A stretch of DNA of 24,000 bases, from the NCBI RefSeq assembly GCF_028702905.1, contig NZ_JAQVNX010000010.1:14354-38353 (forward strand), read 5' to 3'. This DNA is from Methanofollis sp. GTDB lineage: Archaea > Halobacteriota > Methanomicrobia > Methanomicrobiales > Methanofollaceae. The position numbers and the translations under genes were made by a program. Under the pieces are notes generated by a model. It had not been told where the DNA came from, did no database searches, and saw only the letters and a list, made by a program, of their open reading frames with translations. Shown piece by piece: positions 14,824 through 22,855 of this stretch (position 1 is its first letter; every line of letters starts with the position of its first letter).

Positions 14824-15381
14824 CTACCTGATGTATTTCTCAAGCGCCGCCGCCGCCTCGCGCTCCCGCGGCCCGCCGCACTTCCGCACGATCGCGAGGT
14901 GGTGGTCGATGAGGGCCTTCAGCGCGGGGTCGCGGGTCAGTACATAGCGCGTGCCGTGAACCGTCGCCTCGACGATACCGGCAAAACCGCGGTTGTGCGC
15001 CCGGAGCGACGTGCCGGCGACGACCCCCTCCCCGAGAGGTTCGAGCGCCACAAAGACCGTCTCCGCCGTCTCGTGCTCTACCTGTGCAGCAAAGGCCACC
15101 CACTCTTCGCACTCCTTCAGGCGCTCCAACCGCCGCCCGCCCGCCTCCACCTCCACGAAGTCGGCGAGGGGCAGGTCGTCGAAGGCCGTCGTCACCCAGA
15201 CCACGGGATCGTGGGTGAGGTTTGCGACCACCCACCCGTTCTTCCTGATATTCGCCTCCGTGTGCGAACCCCTGAACAGGACCATCGAAAGAGCGCCGCT
15301 CCGGCAGATGATCCCCATCGGTGCGGCATTCCCGCCGGTCGTCGCGATCACCTCGTTGATACCCTCGTTCAGGAATCCCAT
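14824..15381 (-). CDS. DUF447-family protein (FMN-binding split-barrel-like), linked to methanopterin biosynthesis
   Basis: This uses the internal ATG at 15381 of track ORF 14824-15684; the upstream part of that ORF is R/G/P low-complexity read-through. MGFLNEGINEVIATTGGNAAPMGII...FRGSHTEANI...VANLTHDP fits the DUF447 pattern. It overlaps the CitG-like gene by 13 nt. Confidence 0.7.
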   Translation of the reverse strand: MGFLNEGINEVIATTGGNAAPMGIICRSGALSMVLFRGSHTEANIRKNGWVVANLTHDPVVWVTTAFDDLPLADFVEVEAGGRRLERLKECEEWVAFAAQVEHETAETVFVALEPLGEGVVAGTSLRAHNRGFAGIVEATVHGTRYVLTRDPALKALIDHHLAIVRKCGGPREREAAAALEKYIR

Positions 15382-16190
15382 GACCACCCCTCCAGCAGGG
15401 CGAGGAAGATCCCCGCGATCATGATGTCGGCGAGAGACCCCGGGTTCACCCCCGCGGCAAGACACTCCTCGTCGAAGGCGTCGAGGGAAACTTTCCCGGC
15501 CTTCACCTCGCGGGCGCGGCGCATCGTCTCCTCCGCCGCCGCCTGTCCGAACTTCTTTGCGATAAAGGTGTCCGGGTGGGTGCAGAGCAGGTCGAGAAAT
15601 GCGGCGACGATCACCGCCTTCCCTGCACCGTGGGAGACGAGGAGGTTCTTCGTCTCGCGGCAGAGGGCGAAACCGTTCGTCCACTCCCGAGCCACCATAT
15701 CTCTCTCCGCGGAGTAGACCATCACGTCGTACAGGGTCATCCCCCTCTCCCTGAGCGTCGCTGCGGCCGACGGGTCTTTCACGTCGATCTCGTCTTTTGC
15801 AAGCACCCGCACTTCAGTCGCACCGAAGGCCCGGTAGAAGGCGACGGCGTCCTCCACCGTCGTCTCCCGCACCACCTGCACCGCCCCGTCCGCGCCGCCC
15901 GCGGCGACCAGGGGCATCAACAGGATGAATGCGCCAAAATGTGTGTTCCCGCCAGTATGGCAGTTCGTATCCACCACCGCCTCCTCGATGAGGGCGCCGA
16001 GCCCCGTACCCCCCTGTTCAGCCCTCTCCAGGGCCGGGCGGGCAAAGATCGTCGAGGCAAGGAAGTGCTCCAGGCGTGTGTCGGGATAGTCGTGCCCGCG
16101 GTCCACATTCCCCGGTTTCGGGGATGCGGAGACCTCGAGCATCATCGCCATCTGTGCGAGGTCAGATCTCGTCTTCGTCCGGCACTCCAT
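15369..16190 (-). CDS. Triphosphoribosyl-dephospho-CoA synthase (CitG/MdcB)-family protein
   Basis: The motifs LEVSASPKPGNVDRGHDYPDTRLEHFLAS, CHTGGNTHFGAFILL and NPGSLADIM are CitG-family hallmarks. The ATG at 16190 is preferred over the track's TTG at 16220. It overlaps the upstream gene's stop region. Confidence 0.8.
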   Translation of the reverse strand: MECRTKTRSDLAQMAMMLEVSASPKPGNVDRGHDYPDTRLEHFLASTIFARPALERAEQGGTGLGALIEEAVVDTNCHTGGNTHFGAFILLMPLVAAGGADGAVQVVRETTVEDAVAFYRAFGATEVRVLAKDEIDVKDPSAAATLRERGMTLYDVMVYSAERDMVAREWTNGFALCRETKNLLVSHGAGKAVIVAAFLDLLCTHPDTFIAKKFGQAAAEETMRRAREVKAGKVSLDAFDEECLAAGVNPGSLADIMIAGIFLALLEGWSWDS

Positions 16191-17298
16191 CAAAGACCCG
16201 CTCCATGATATCTCCGGCAAGCCGGCGCTTCTGCCGCATGTACTCCGCGCTGGAAAGTCCTGCCTCCTTCATAGAGAGTTCCCTGAGCATGCAGGGGGAG
16301 CTCGACTTGCAGCACCAGGAAAGGGAACCGAAACATGTCGTCTTCCCCCCTGCGATCGGCGTCCCTTCCACCGCCTCTGTCTTGATCCTGATGTAGTCCT
16401 CGCGGGAGAGCCCGATACTCTCCAGGAAGGGGATCAGGGGGCAGTGCTTCACCGGCATGCAGCAAAAGGCGAGTGACCGCACGTCCCCGCCGCGGCAGAG
16501 CTGCTTCGGTGCATTGTACCACCCGCTCTCCTCGGCCTTCCTCTGGATTGCGGCATCGATCCCGGCAAGGGTCCGCTCGTCCGACCGCCTGGCCATGGAG
16601 ACCATATCGGCCCCGTGGGCGAACATCTCCATTGCACGGTCGAAGGAGGTGATCGAGTTGTTCGCAATGAGCACGAGGGGACAGGCATTCCTGATCTGCC
16701 GCAGGCGGGCGTAACCAAAGTCCATCAGGTCGGCGTGGATGATGTCGGCCCCGGCCTTCCAGAGGAGGCGGGCAAGACGGCGGTCGTCGGCGGCGACCCC
16801 GGCCCTGACCTTCACCGAGACCGTTACGTCCAGCGCCTTGAGCGCCCGGACCGTCTCCGCAAGGCGGCGTGTGTCCCGAAGGAGGGCCTCACCGCACCCG
16901 AGCGCCGTCATTGCGGGCTGCCGGCAGTGGGCGTCGACCTCGTACACCGCCGCATCGCCGATCTCATCGGCGATGGCCGCATAGGAGGCGGGACTGCTCC
17001 CCCGCAGGTTCAGGCCGGTGACGACCCCGCTTCCCTGCAGGGCGGCAATCTGGGCCTTCAACTCTGCCACGGGGTCGTCGTACCGGAACTCGGGCCGTCC
17101 GTCGGCCGCCATCGCCCTGCTCGCCGCCATCGTCTCCTCGTCGATAGAGTATCCGCCGATGAACGCGGCGCCGATATGCTCCTTGCGGGCCAGCACATAG
17201 GCGGCGTCGGTCACCCCGGCCATCGATGAGATGACCACCGGCGTTTTCACCACCTGGTCATTGATGATCAGTCCGCAGCGCTCGTAACACTCGATCAT
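16162..17298 (-). CDS. DUS/DHOD-like TIM-barrel protein fused to an 8-Cys C-terminal domain (resembles 'methanogenesis marker domain 9')
   Basis: The ATG at 17298 follows GAGGGAAG; the track start is the GTG at 17322. The N-terminal roughly 260 aa has an alternating beta/alpha pattern with PVVISSMAGVTD, VDAHCRQP, VSVKVRAG and LIANNSI. The C-terminus contains C-x10-FCC-x5-C and C-x6-WCC-x5-C. Confidence 0.65.
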   Translation of the reverse strand: MIECYERCGLIINDQVVKTPVVISSMAGVTDAAYVLARKEHIGAAFIGGYSIDEETMAASRAMAADGRPEFRYDDPVAELKAQIAALQGSGVVTGLNLRGSSPASYAAIADEIGDAAVYEVDAHCRQPAMTALGCGEALLRDTRRLAETVRALKALDVTVSVKVRAGVAADDRRLARLLWKAGADIIHADLMDFGYARLRQIRNACPLVLIANNSITSFDRAMEMFAHGADMVSMARRSDERTLAGIDAAIQRKAEESGWYNAPKQLCRGGDVRSLAFCCMPVKHCPLIPFLESIGLSREDYIRIKTEAVEGTPIAGGKTTCFGSLSWCCKSSSPCMLRELSMKEAGLSSAEYMRQKRRLAGDIMERVFDGVPDEDEI

Positions 17299-17441
17299 GC
17301 TTCCCTCAATATTCGCCCTCACATCTCAAAGCCCTTGTGGGTGAATTATTTGACAATACTCCACCGCGAATATTCCGGGCTCCTGGATCTTCCAGGGACT
17401 GATCGTCGTCTACTTCGTCCTGGCGGCCTCTCCGGCCTGAT

Positions 17442-17484
17442 AAAAAAGGAGTGGAGAGTGTTACTTCTTCATGATGAAGAAGTA
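17442..17484 (-). terminator. Stop-codon palindrome plus T6 tract (terminator candidate for the surface-protein gene)
   Basis: An 11-bp inverted repeat with a 1-nt spacer (17462-17472 and 17474-17484) overlaps the stop codon. On the minus strand a T6 run (17442-17447) follows 13 nt after the stop. Confidence 0.4.
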
Positions 17485-19413
17485 TCCGACTGCTGCGATG
17501 ATGACGAGGGCGATGATGGCGAAGAGGATCATCGTCATGGGCAGTCCTTCAGCAGGCGGCTCTTCGACCAGCGATGTCGTCGGTGTAGCCGGGGTCTGTG
17601 TGTCGGGTGGTGTGGGTGTTGTTACCGGCTCGGTGAAGAGTGCATAGGTGCTGAAGTGCGTTACCGTTGCCGTCACAGTCCTGGTTCCCCGGGAGATGGT
17701 TGTCTGGATCTCCTCCCAGAGACCCGTCTCCTTGTTGTACCACATCATTGTGAGTTGACGGTCGGTGAGATCCAGGGTGTTCCAGATCTCTTCGGGAATC
17801 TCGAGAGTCAGCGTGATCCCCGGGTTGAAGGTGGCGCCTTCTGGGCTGGCCTCGTATGCGTAGCCAGCGAACCGGAACATCGCTCCGGACGGGGCTGCGG
17901 GCATCTTATCGCCGGCGAGGGGTTTGAGGGAGACCTCGGCGAGCGGTTTGCCGTTCGCGTCGAGCGCCTTCACGCCGGAAGGTACGAAGAGGGTGGCGAC
18001 CTTGTCTGTGGCGCTGATCTCAACGGAGCGAGTCGTGATGCCATTGCTGTTGGTCATCAGGTTACCTTTTCCCTCATAGGAAACCGGGGGCTCCGGGCTG
18101 ATCGGGGAGCCACCGTTGCCGCCTCCGCCGCCTCCGCCGCTGGGACGGGGTGTGGGCGTCGGGGCTACAGCGGAGATGCAGACATTTGTCTGGTCGATTG
18201 CAACGACCTTCTCGTCCTTCATGCCCAGTGCGTAGAGGTAGTAGGTGCCGGTCTTGAGCCCCTTGAGGGTTTCTTTTGTAATTGTCACCGATGATGCGTC
18301 ATTCGCACCGGAGCACCCATAGCCCTCCACGATGGCGAGACAGGAATCCTTATTGTAGTTGACGTCCCGGGCATCGGCGTCACAGATGAGGGTATATTCG
18401 GCTGAAATTCCATCTCCGGCAATATTCTTCAGGATGGAGATTGCGTTGGCCGCCGAGGTCGGGACGGGCTGCTTTGCAAGTTCTGCGGTATCGACCTCCA
18501 CCGTAAGGCCGTATCTTGTGTCTTTCTTGACTAGGGCATAGGCGACCTTGTCCACATCGCCACTGAAGGAGACGGTTATGTCCTTATTCTGGTTCTGGTA
18601 GTAGGGGTTGTCTCCGTTCCAGGTGATGGCGGTCTTCCCGTCGAGGATGAGAATCGGCATGGCGGCAAGGACGTGCATTGTGTTGCAACTGCTGTCATAC
18701 TCCACCGCTGTGAGGAGGTACTCCCCGGCTTTGGGCTTCGGGACGGCGTCGAGAAGATCATTACCTGCGTTGAAGTTGAAGGAGTTGAGGTTGACTAGAT
18801 TCTTGTTCAACGTGTAGTTCAGGTCTTTTTCATTATCGTAGCGTTTAGATTGGTCACCGTAGTAGCCTATACCGTTTCCAATGTTGTAATAAACGCCGTA
18901 GTTAGTGAAGAGATACCCTTCCTTCTCTGCAGCGTTGAAGAGATTGGTGAAGTTGGCGTCTTTATCAATGTTCTCCGGGCACTTTATCAGGAGGACGTTG
19001 CCACATCTTCCCGGAACCTTCACCGTAAAGCTCGGGATCGTCCGGGTGGTGTAGACCTGATAATGACACGGGAGGGTTTTCCCGTTGACGGTCTTGGTTC
19101 CCGTCACAGTTACATCCGTCCCATGATAGGTGCCGCTCGCCGGGTTAAACTCCCGGGTGATGGTGCCTAACAGCGGGTACTCGATAGCCTTGAGGTCGCC
19201 CGTTTCGGTGCTCTTGAGGGTCACCAGAGTATTTCCGACATCTAGGGGGTCAAGGGCATCGACCGTCTTGATGCAGATACCCTTGTAATCCTTGGCGTCA
19301 CCTGTTCCCACTGTAATATAGTAGGAGTCTCCGCCCGCAGCGGTCACTGCCGCAGGAATACAGAGAAGTGTGATGATAACACCCAGTAACAACAGACCTT
19401 CCTTACGGTTCAT
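17461..19413 (-). CDS. Large secreted cell-surface protein with a C-terminal membrane anchor (PGF-pre-PGF-like domain)
   Basis: This 650-aa protein has an ATG start. The signal peptide is LLLLGVIITLLCIPAAVTAAG. A beta-rich body is followed by a poly-Gly linker (SGGGGGGNGG). The domain ...FRFAGYAYEASPEGATFNPGITLTLEIP...WYNKETGLWEEI...VTATVTHFSTYALF is typical of archaeal surface proteins. It ends with a Pro/Thr linker, a TM helix and a basic end (ILFAIIALVIIAAVGYFFIMKK). Confidence 0.8.
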   Translation of the reverse strand: MNRKEGLLLLGVIITLLCIPAAVTAAGGDSYYITVGTGDAKDYKGICIKTVDALDPLDVGNTLVTLKSTETGDLKAIEYPLLGTITREFNPASGTYHGTDVTVTGTKTVNGKTLPCHYQVYTTRTIPSFTVKVPGRCGNVLLIKCPENIDKDANFTNLFNAAEKEGYLFTNYGVYYNIGNGIGYYGDQSKRYDNEKDLNYTLNKNLVNLNSFNFNAGNDLLDAVPKPKAGEYLLTAVEYDSSCNTMHVLAAMPILILDGKTAITWNGDNPYYQNQNKDITVSFSGDVDKVAYALVKKDTRYGLTVEVDTAELAKQPVPTSAANAISILKNIAGDGISAEYTLICDADARDVNYNKDSCLAIVEGYGCSGANDASSVTITKETLKGLKTGTYYLYALGMKDEKVVAIDQTNVCISAVAPTPTPRPSGGGGGGGNGGSPISPEPPVSYEGKGNLMTNSNGITTRSVEISATDKVATLFVPSGVKALDANGKPLAEVSLKPLAGDKMPAAPSGAMFRFAGYAYEASPEGATFNPGITLTLEIPEEIWNTLDLTDRQLTMMWYNKETGLWEEIQTTISRGTRTVTATVTHFSTYALFTEPVTTPTPPDTQTPATPTTSLVEEPPAEGLPMTMILFAIIALVIIAAVGYFFIMKK

Positions 19414-19446
19414 GATGGCTAAATTAATTTTACCATTTCATAAGCC

Positions 19447-19455
19447 TTTTTATTT
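19447..19455. promoter_or_regulatory. AT-rich element in the divergent intergenic region (shared TATA candidate)
   Basis: TTTTTATTT sits in the 66-bp gap between the ATGs at 19413 (minus strand) and 19480 (plus strand). It is about 25-35 nt from each start, which is compatible with short-leader or leaderless transcripts in both directions. Confidence 0.3.
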
Positions 19456-19479
19456 CAAACGCTTATCTATACCAATTCA

Positions 19480-20646
19480 ATGAAATGGAGTTACTTTGAA
19501 ATGACTAAATCGGGCGTATTTTTGATCCTGCTCCTTCTCTTGGTTCCGGCCGCAATGGCCGCGCAGGTCACCATCGCCCCTGCTGAGATTAATGTCGGGG
19601 ATACGGTCACTGTGGACGTAAAAGACCTTCCCGATGGTGTCGCCTTCTCGCTCGGCATCCGCGGTGAGTTCAACGTGAACCCCGGCGATAGGTTTGTCTT
19701 TACGGCCAGGTGTCTCTCTCTCCCCTTCTCCCTCAACTCAGGGGAGGTGAGCGCGTATACCAGAGGTACGAACTGGACGGGGCTCTCGGCGAAGCTGGGG
19801 GAGGCCTCTATCGGCCTGAGCAACAGCGCCGATGAGAACGGCGAGTTCCGGACCTCTCAGGCCTACAACATCTCTAGCGGGACCTATGATGCCATCGCCC
19901 TCGAAGGGAGGGCCACCCCCGCAGTCAAGAGTATCATTGCTGAGATGACGATAACGGGCAAGAAGAAGGGGCCCAACGACGGCACGATCTCATTCGCCCT
20001 CGACGGCGTCGAGCGCGGCACCGCAACGGTCACTGTCTATATCAACGGATCAGAGGCTCTCTCCCAGAGGATCGTCATCGGGTCGTCGCCGTCCCCGACG
20101 GAGACCAAAGCTCCTTCCCCGGGCGGCAGCAGCGGCTCCTCCGGCCCGACGACAGGTCCGGGGCCCGCGACGACCTCCTCTGTCGACGGGAGGGTATCTC
20201 TCAGCGGGACTGAGATTGACGGTGCCGGGCTCCTCGCCCTCGCCGTCGAGGGCACTGTCCCCACTGGCTGGTCCGCGGACGGGCGCGCCTACGCCGTGAC
20301 CCCCGCGGACCGTGAGTTCCCCTCCCCCGCGATCCTCTCCTTCCGCCTCCCGGCAGCCGATACCCCTGCGACCATCGCCCGGTACGAGATCGGCGCCTGG
20401 TTAGCGGTCCCGTCGAAGATCGAGGGCGACCGGATCACGACCGCGGTCTCCCGGGGCGGATCCTATGTTCTCCTCGTCCCCGCACCGGCGTCCGAATCGA
20501 CAGCCACGACGGTGACGACGACCACAGCCGTCATGACTACCACAACCGCCCCCGTGACAACGACGGCGGCGGCCACGCCCATGGCCCCCCTCCTCCCGGT
20601 CATCGCTCTCGCAATCCTGCTGCTTGGGTGGGGGAGAAGGGTCTGA
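19480..20646 (+). CDS. Secreted surface protein with a Thr-rich stalk and C-terminal membrane anchor
   Basis: The signal peptide is VFLILLLLLVPAAMAAQV (an alternative ATG lies at 19501). A Ser/Gly/Pro/Thr linker is followed by a domain, AYAVTPADREFPSPAILSFRLP...YEIGAWLAVPSKIEGDRITTAVSRGGSYVLL, that parallels the C-terminal domain of the divergent neighbour. It ends with a poly-Thr stretch, a TM helix and RRV. Confidence 0.75.
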   Translation: MKWSYFEMTKSGVFLILLLLLVPAAMAAQVTIAPAEINVGDTVTVDVKDLPDGVAFSLGIRGEFNVNPGDRFVFTARCLSLPFSLNSGEVSAYTRGTNWTGLSAKLGEASIGLSNSADENGEFRTSQAYNISSGTYDAIALEGRATPAVKSIIAEMTITGKKKGPNDGTISFALDGVERGTATVTVYINGSEALSQRIVIGSSPSPTETKAPSPGGSSGSSGPTTGPGPATTSSVDGRVSLSGTEIDGAGLLALAVEGTVPTGWSADGRAYAVTPADREFPSPAILSFRLPAADTPATIARYEIGAWLAVPSKIEGDRITTAVSRGGSYVLLVPAPASESTATTVTTTTAVMTTTTAPVTTTAAATPMAPLLPVIALAILLLGWGRRV

Positions 20647-20662
20647 CAGACCCACATTCTGA

Positions 20663-20884
20663 AGATCGAAAAACCTGATCCTGGAGGCCGCCGGGGACCA
20701 CCCCGGCGATTTTCTCGCGGTTGTGGTCGTCACGGCCGCGACCCTTCTCTGTGTCTATGTCCCGGTGCTGAACGAGAGTTTTCTCCGGGTCCTCTTCGGC
20801 GTGGCGATGGTTCTCTTCGTCCCCGGCTACACCCTGATCGCCGCACTCTTTCCGGTGCGGGATGACCTCATGGTAAACCCTTGA
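20663..20884 (+). pseudogene. N-terminal fragment of a DUF1616-family archaeal membrane protein
   Basis: The open frame has no start codon: ...DFLAVVVVTAATLLCVYVPVLNESFLRVLFGVAMVLFVPGYTLIAALFPVRDDL, followed by a stop. This matches the first two helices and the conserved PGY-x-L-x-x-ALFP-x-x-DDL motif of DUF1616. The remaining 250 aa or more are absent in every frame. Confidence 0.5.
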
Positions 20885-21245
20885 TCACGCTCTTCAAAAC
20901 GGGGCAGTGGGCAGGAACACGCGCCATCGCCGCCACAGCCTATTCCAATCGTGGGGGTCGGGGGGTCTCCCCCGGCGCGAGAGAACACGGCAGAATATTC
21001 ATCTTTTTGTAGGGGCAGCCCTTCTGAGCATTCGCCTTCTCACATCCTCATGCCGTGGGCGCTGCCTCCGGGACCCCCGGGATTGCGATTGGACCGGGAA
21101 GGCAGGGGAGAGGTCGGGAAGAGGGGGGCACTACCGAAGAGAATGGCCCTCGAAAAATGCGTTGCCGCAGTGGACAATGTCCAGCTCGAAATCACCCATC
21201 TGTATTCATTGTGGGCGGGAGCGGCGAAAAACCAATCGGTAACAC

Positions 21246-21252
21246 TTTTAAA
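21246..21252 (+). promoter_or_regulatory. TATA-box candidate for the cfb operon
   Basis: TTTTAAA ends 26 nt upstream of the cfbA ATG at 21278, which suggests a leaderless or very short-leader transcript. Confidence 0.35.
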
Positions 21253-21277
21253 GAGTAAAGGTAGTACACAGTACCGT

Positions 21278-21682
21278 ATGAAGAGAACCGGATTGTTACT
21301 TGTTGGCCACGGCAGCAAACTCCCCTACAACAAAGAACTCATCGAGAGCACGGCCGCCCTGATCGCAGCCCAGCACCCCGAGTACCTGGTCCGCCCCGGT
21401 TTCATGAGCATGAACGAGCCCTCGGTCGAGGAGACCCTCGCCCTCTTTAAGAAGGACGAGATCGACCGTCTCGTCGTCGTCCCCCTCTTCCTTGCGAAGG
21501 GCGTCCACATCCTCCAGGACATTCCCGAACTCCTCGGCCTCCCCGAGGGCGGGAAGAAGGGCAGCTTCGTCCACGCCTCCGGCGCCATCCCCCTCCTCTA
21601 TGCCGACCCGATCGGCGGCGACCCCCTCCTCGCCGACCTGATGGTCAAGAACGCCGAGGCGGCACTCAACTCGGCTATCTGA
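21278..21682 (+). CDS. cfbA: Small CbiX-type sirohydrochlorin chelatase (nickelochelatase of F430 biosynthesis)
   Basis: This uses the internal ATG of track ORF 20951-21682. The 134-aa product carries LLLVGHGSKLPYNKE and VVVPLFLAKGVHILQDIPE, the CbiX(S) signature with its catalytic His residues. It is immediately followed by cfbE. Confidence 0.85.
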   Translation: MKRTGLLLVGHGSKLPYNKELIESTAALIAAQHPEYLVRPGFMSMNEPSVEETLALFKKDEIDRLVVVPLFLAKGVHILQDIPELLGLPEGGKKGSFVHASGAIPLLYADPIGGDPLLADLMVKNAEAALNSAI

Positions 21683-21684
21683 AG

Positions 21685-22854
21685 ATGAAGATCCTCGTCC
21701 TCGACACCATCCACGGCGGCGCCGTCCTTGCAGAGGCGCTCGCGGCGGCCGGTCATGAGGTCGACGCGGTGGACGTCTACCGGGGAAGAGAGGGGATCCC
21801 AGTAGAAGAGGCGGCACGGAAGCGCTACGACCTCGTCGTCGCCCCCGTCCACCTCGACCCGGCCCACCCTCTTCTCGGGGCGGCGCCGCGGGCCGTCACC
21901 CACCACGAGGCGGTGGCCCTGCTCCTTGCAGGGAGGAGGCCGTCGCCCCTGGTCGAAGTCACCGGCATGCGCGGCAAGACGACGACCGCAGCCGCCCTCG
22001 CCCACATCCTTCCCGGCCCCGGCGTCCTCCACACCTCGATGGGCACCTTTGCCTGCCCTGAGGGGTGCCTCTTCTGGAAACGCTCCATCACCCCGGCTTC
22101 GGTGCTCGCCGCGGCCGAGGAGGCGAAAAAGATCGACGGTTGGTGTGTCGCCGAGGAGTCCCTCGGCGTCTCCGGCGCCGGCGACCTTGCGGTCCTCACC
22201 TCGGGGGAGGACTATCCCGTCGCCGCGGGGAAGAAGAGCGCCCTCGCCGAGAAGGTGCGCTCCCTTGCGCGGGCGAGGGCGGTGCTCGTCCCGCCAGGCG
22301 TGACTGTACCGGGCGCCCTGGACGCCGGCACGATCGCCGCGGTCGCGGGGACGGCCTGCACGTACAGCCACGGCGGCATCGAAGGGCGGTTCGAGAACCC
22401 CCTCCTTGCGCTCACGGGCTACAGGACACCCCTCCAGATCGCCGCGGCGGCGGCCTGCCTCCTCGGCGCGGACCCGGCAGGGCTTGCGTCCTTCCGGCCC
22501 CTGCCCGGCAGGATGGCGGTCTCCCATGCCGGGAAGGCCCTGGTCGTCGACGCCGCAAGCAGCGGCGCCTGCCGGGAGGTCGCCGTCGACGCCGCCGCCT
22601 ATGCCCGCGCCCTCGGCGGGGCCAGACCCCTCGTCCTGGTCATCGGGACAGAGGGGCAGACCATCTGCGAGGGCTTTCCCGAAGGGGAGGTGGCGGCCGC
22701 GGTCGAGGCCATCGGCCCGGACAGCACCGTGCTTGTCGGGGACTATCCCGGCCTTGCCGGCACCCCCGCCCCCGACCTTGCGGCCGGGTATGCGATCGCA
22801 CAGACTCTCACAGGCGGAGGGACCATCGTCCTTGCCGTCAAGACATGGAGGTAA
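21685..22854 (+). CDS. cfbE: Mur-ligase-like coenzyme F430 synthetase
   Basis: This 389-aa protein has a Mur-ligase P-loop, VTGMRGKTTTAAALAHIL. It lies 2 nt after cfbA and 1 nt before cfbD, and its context within the cfb gene set supports the call. Confidence 0.8.
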   Translation: MKILVLDTIHGGAVLAEALAAAGHEVDAVDVYRGREGIPVEEAARKRYDLVVAPVHLDPAHPLLGAAPRAVTHHEAVALLLAGRRPSPLVEVTGMRGKTTTAAALAHILPGPGVLHTSMGTFACPEGCLFWKRSITPASVLAAAEEAKKIDGWCVAEESLGVSGAGDLAVLTSGEDYPVAAGKKSALAEKVRSLARARAVLVPPGVTVPGALDAGTIAAVAGTACTYSHGGIEGRFENPLLALTGYRTPLQIAAAAACLLGADPAGLASFRPLPGRMAVSHAGKALVVDAASSGACREVAVDAAAYARALGGARPLVLVIGTEGQTICEGFPEGEVAAAVEAIGPDSTVLVGDYPGLAGTPAPDLAAGYAIAQTLTGGGTIVLAVKTWR

Positions 22855-22855
22855 G

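Noticed and set aside
18115-18150. A short GCC/GCG-rich tandem-like repeat (ccgccgcctccgccgcctccgccgc) on the plus strand.
   Set aside because: It is the reverse complement of the codons for the poly-Gly linker (SGGGGGGNGG) inside the surface-protein CDS. It is a coding low-complexity stretch, not an independent repeat element.
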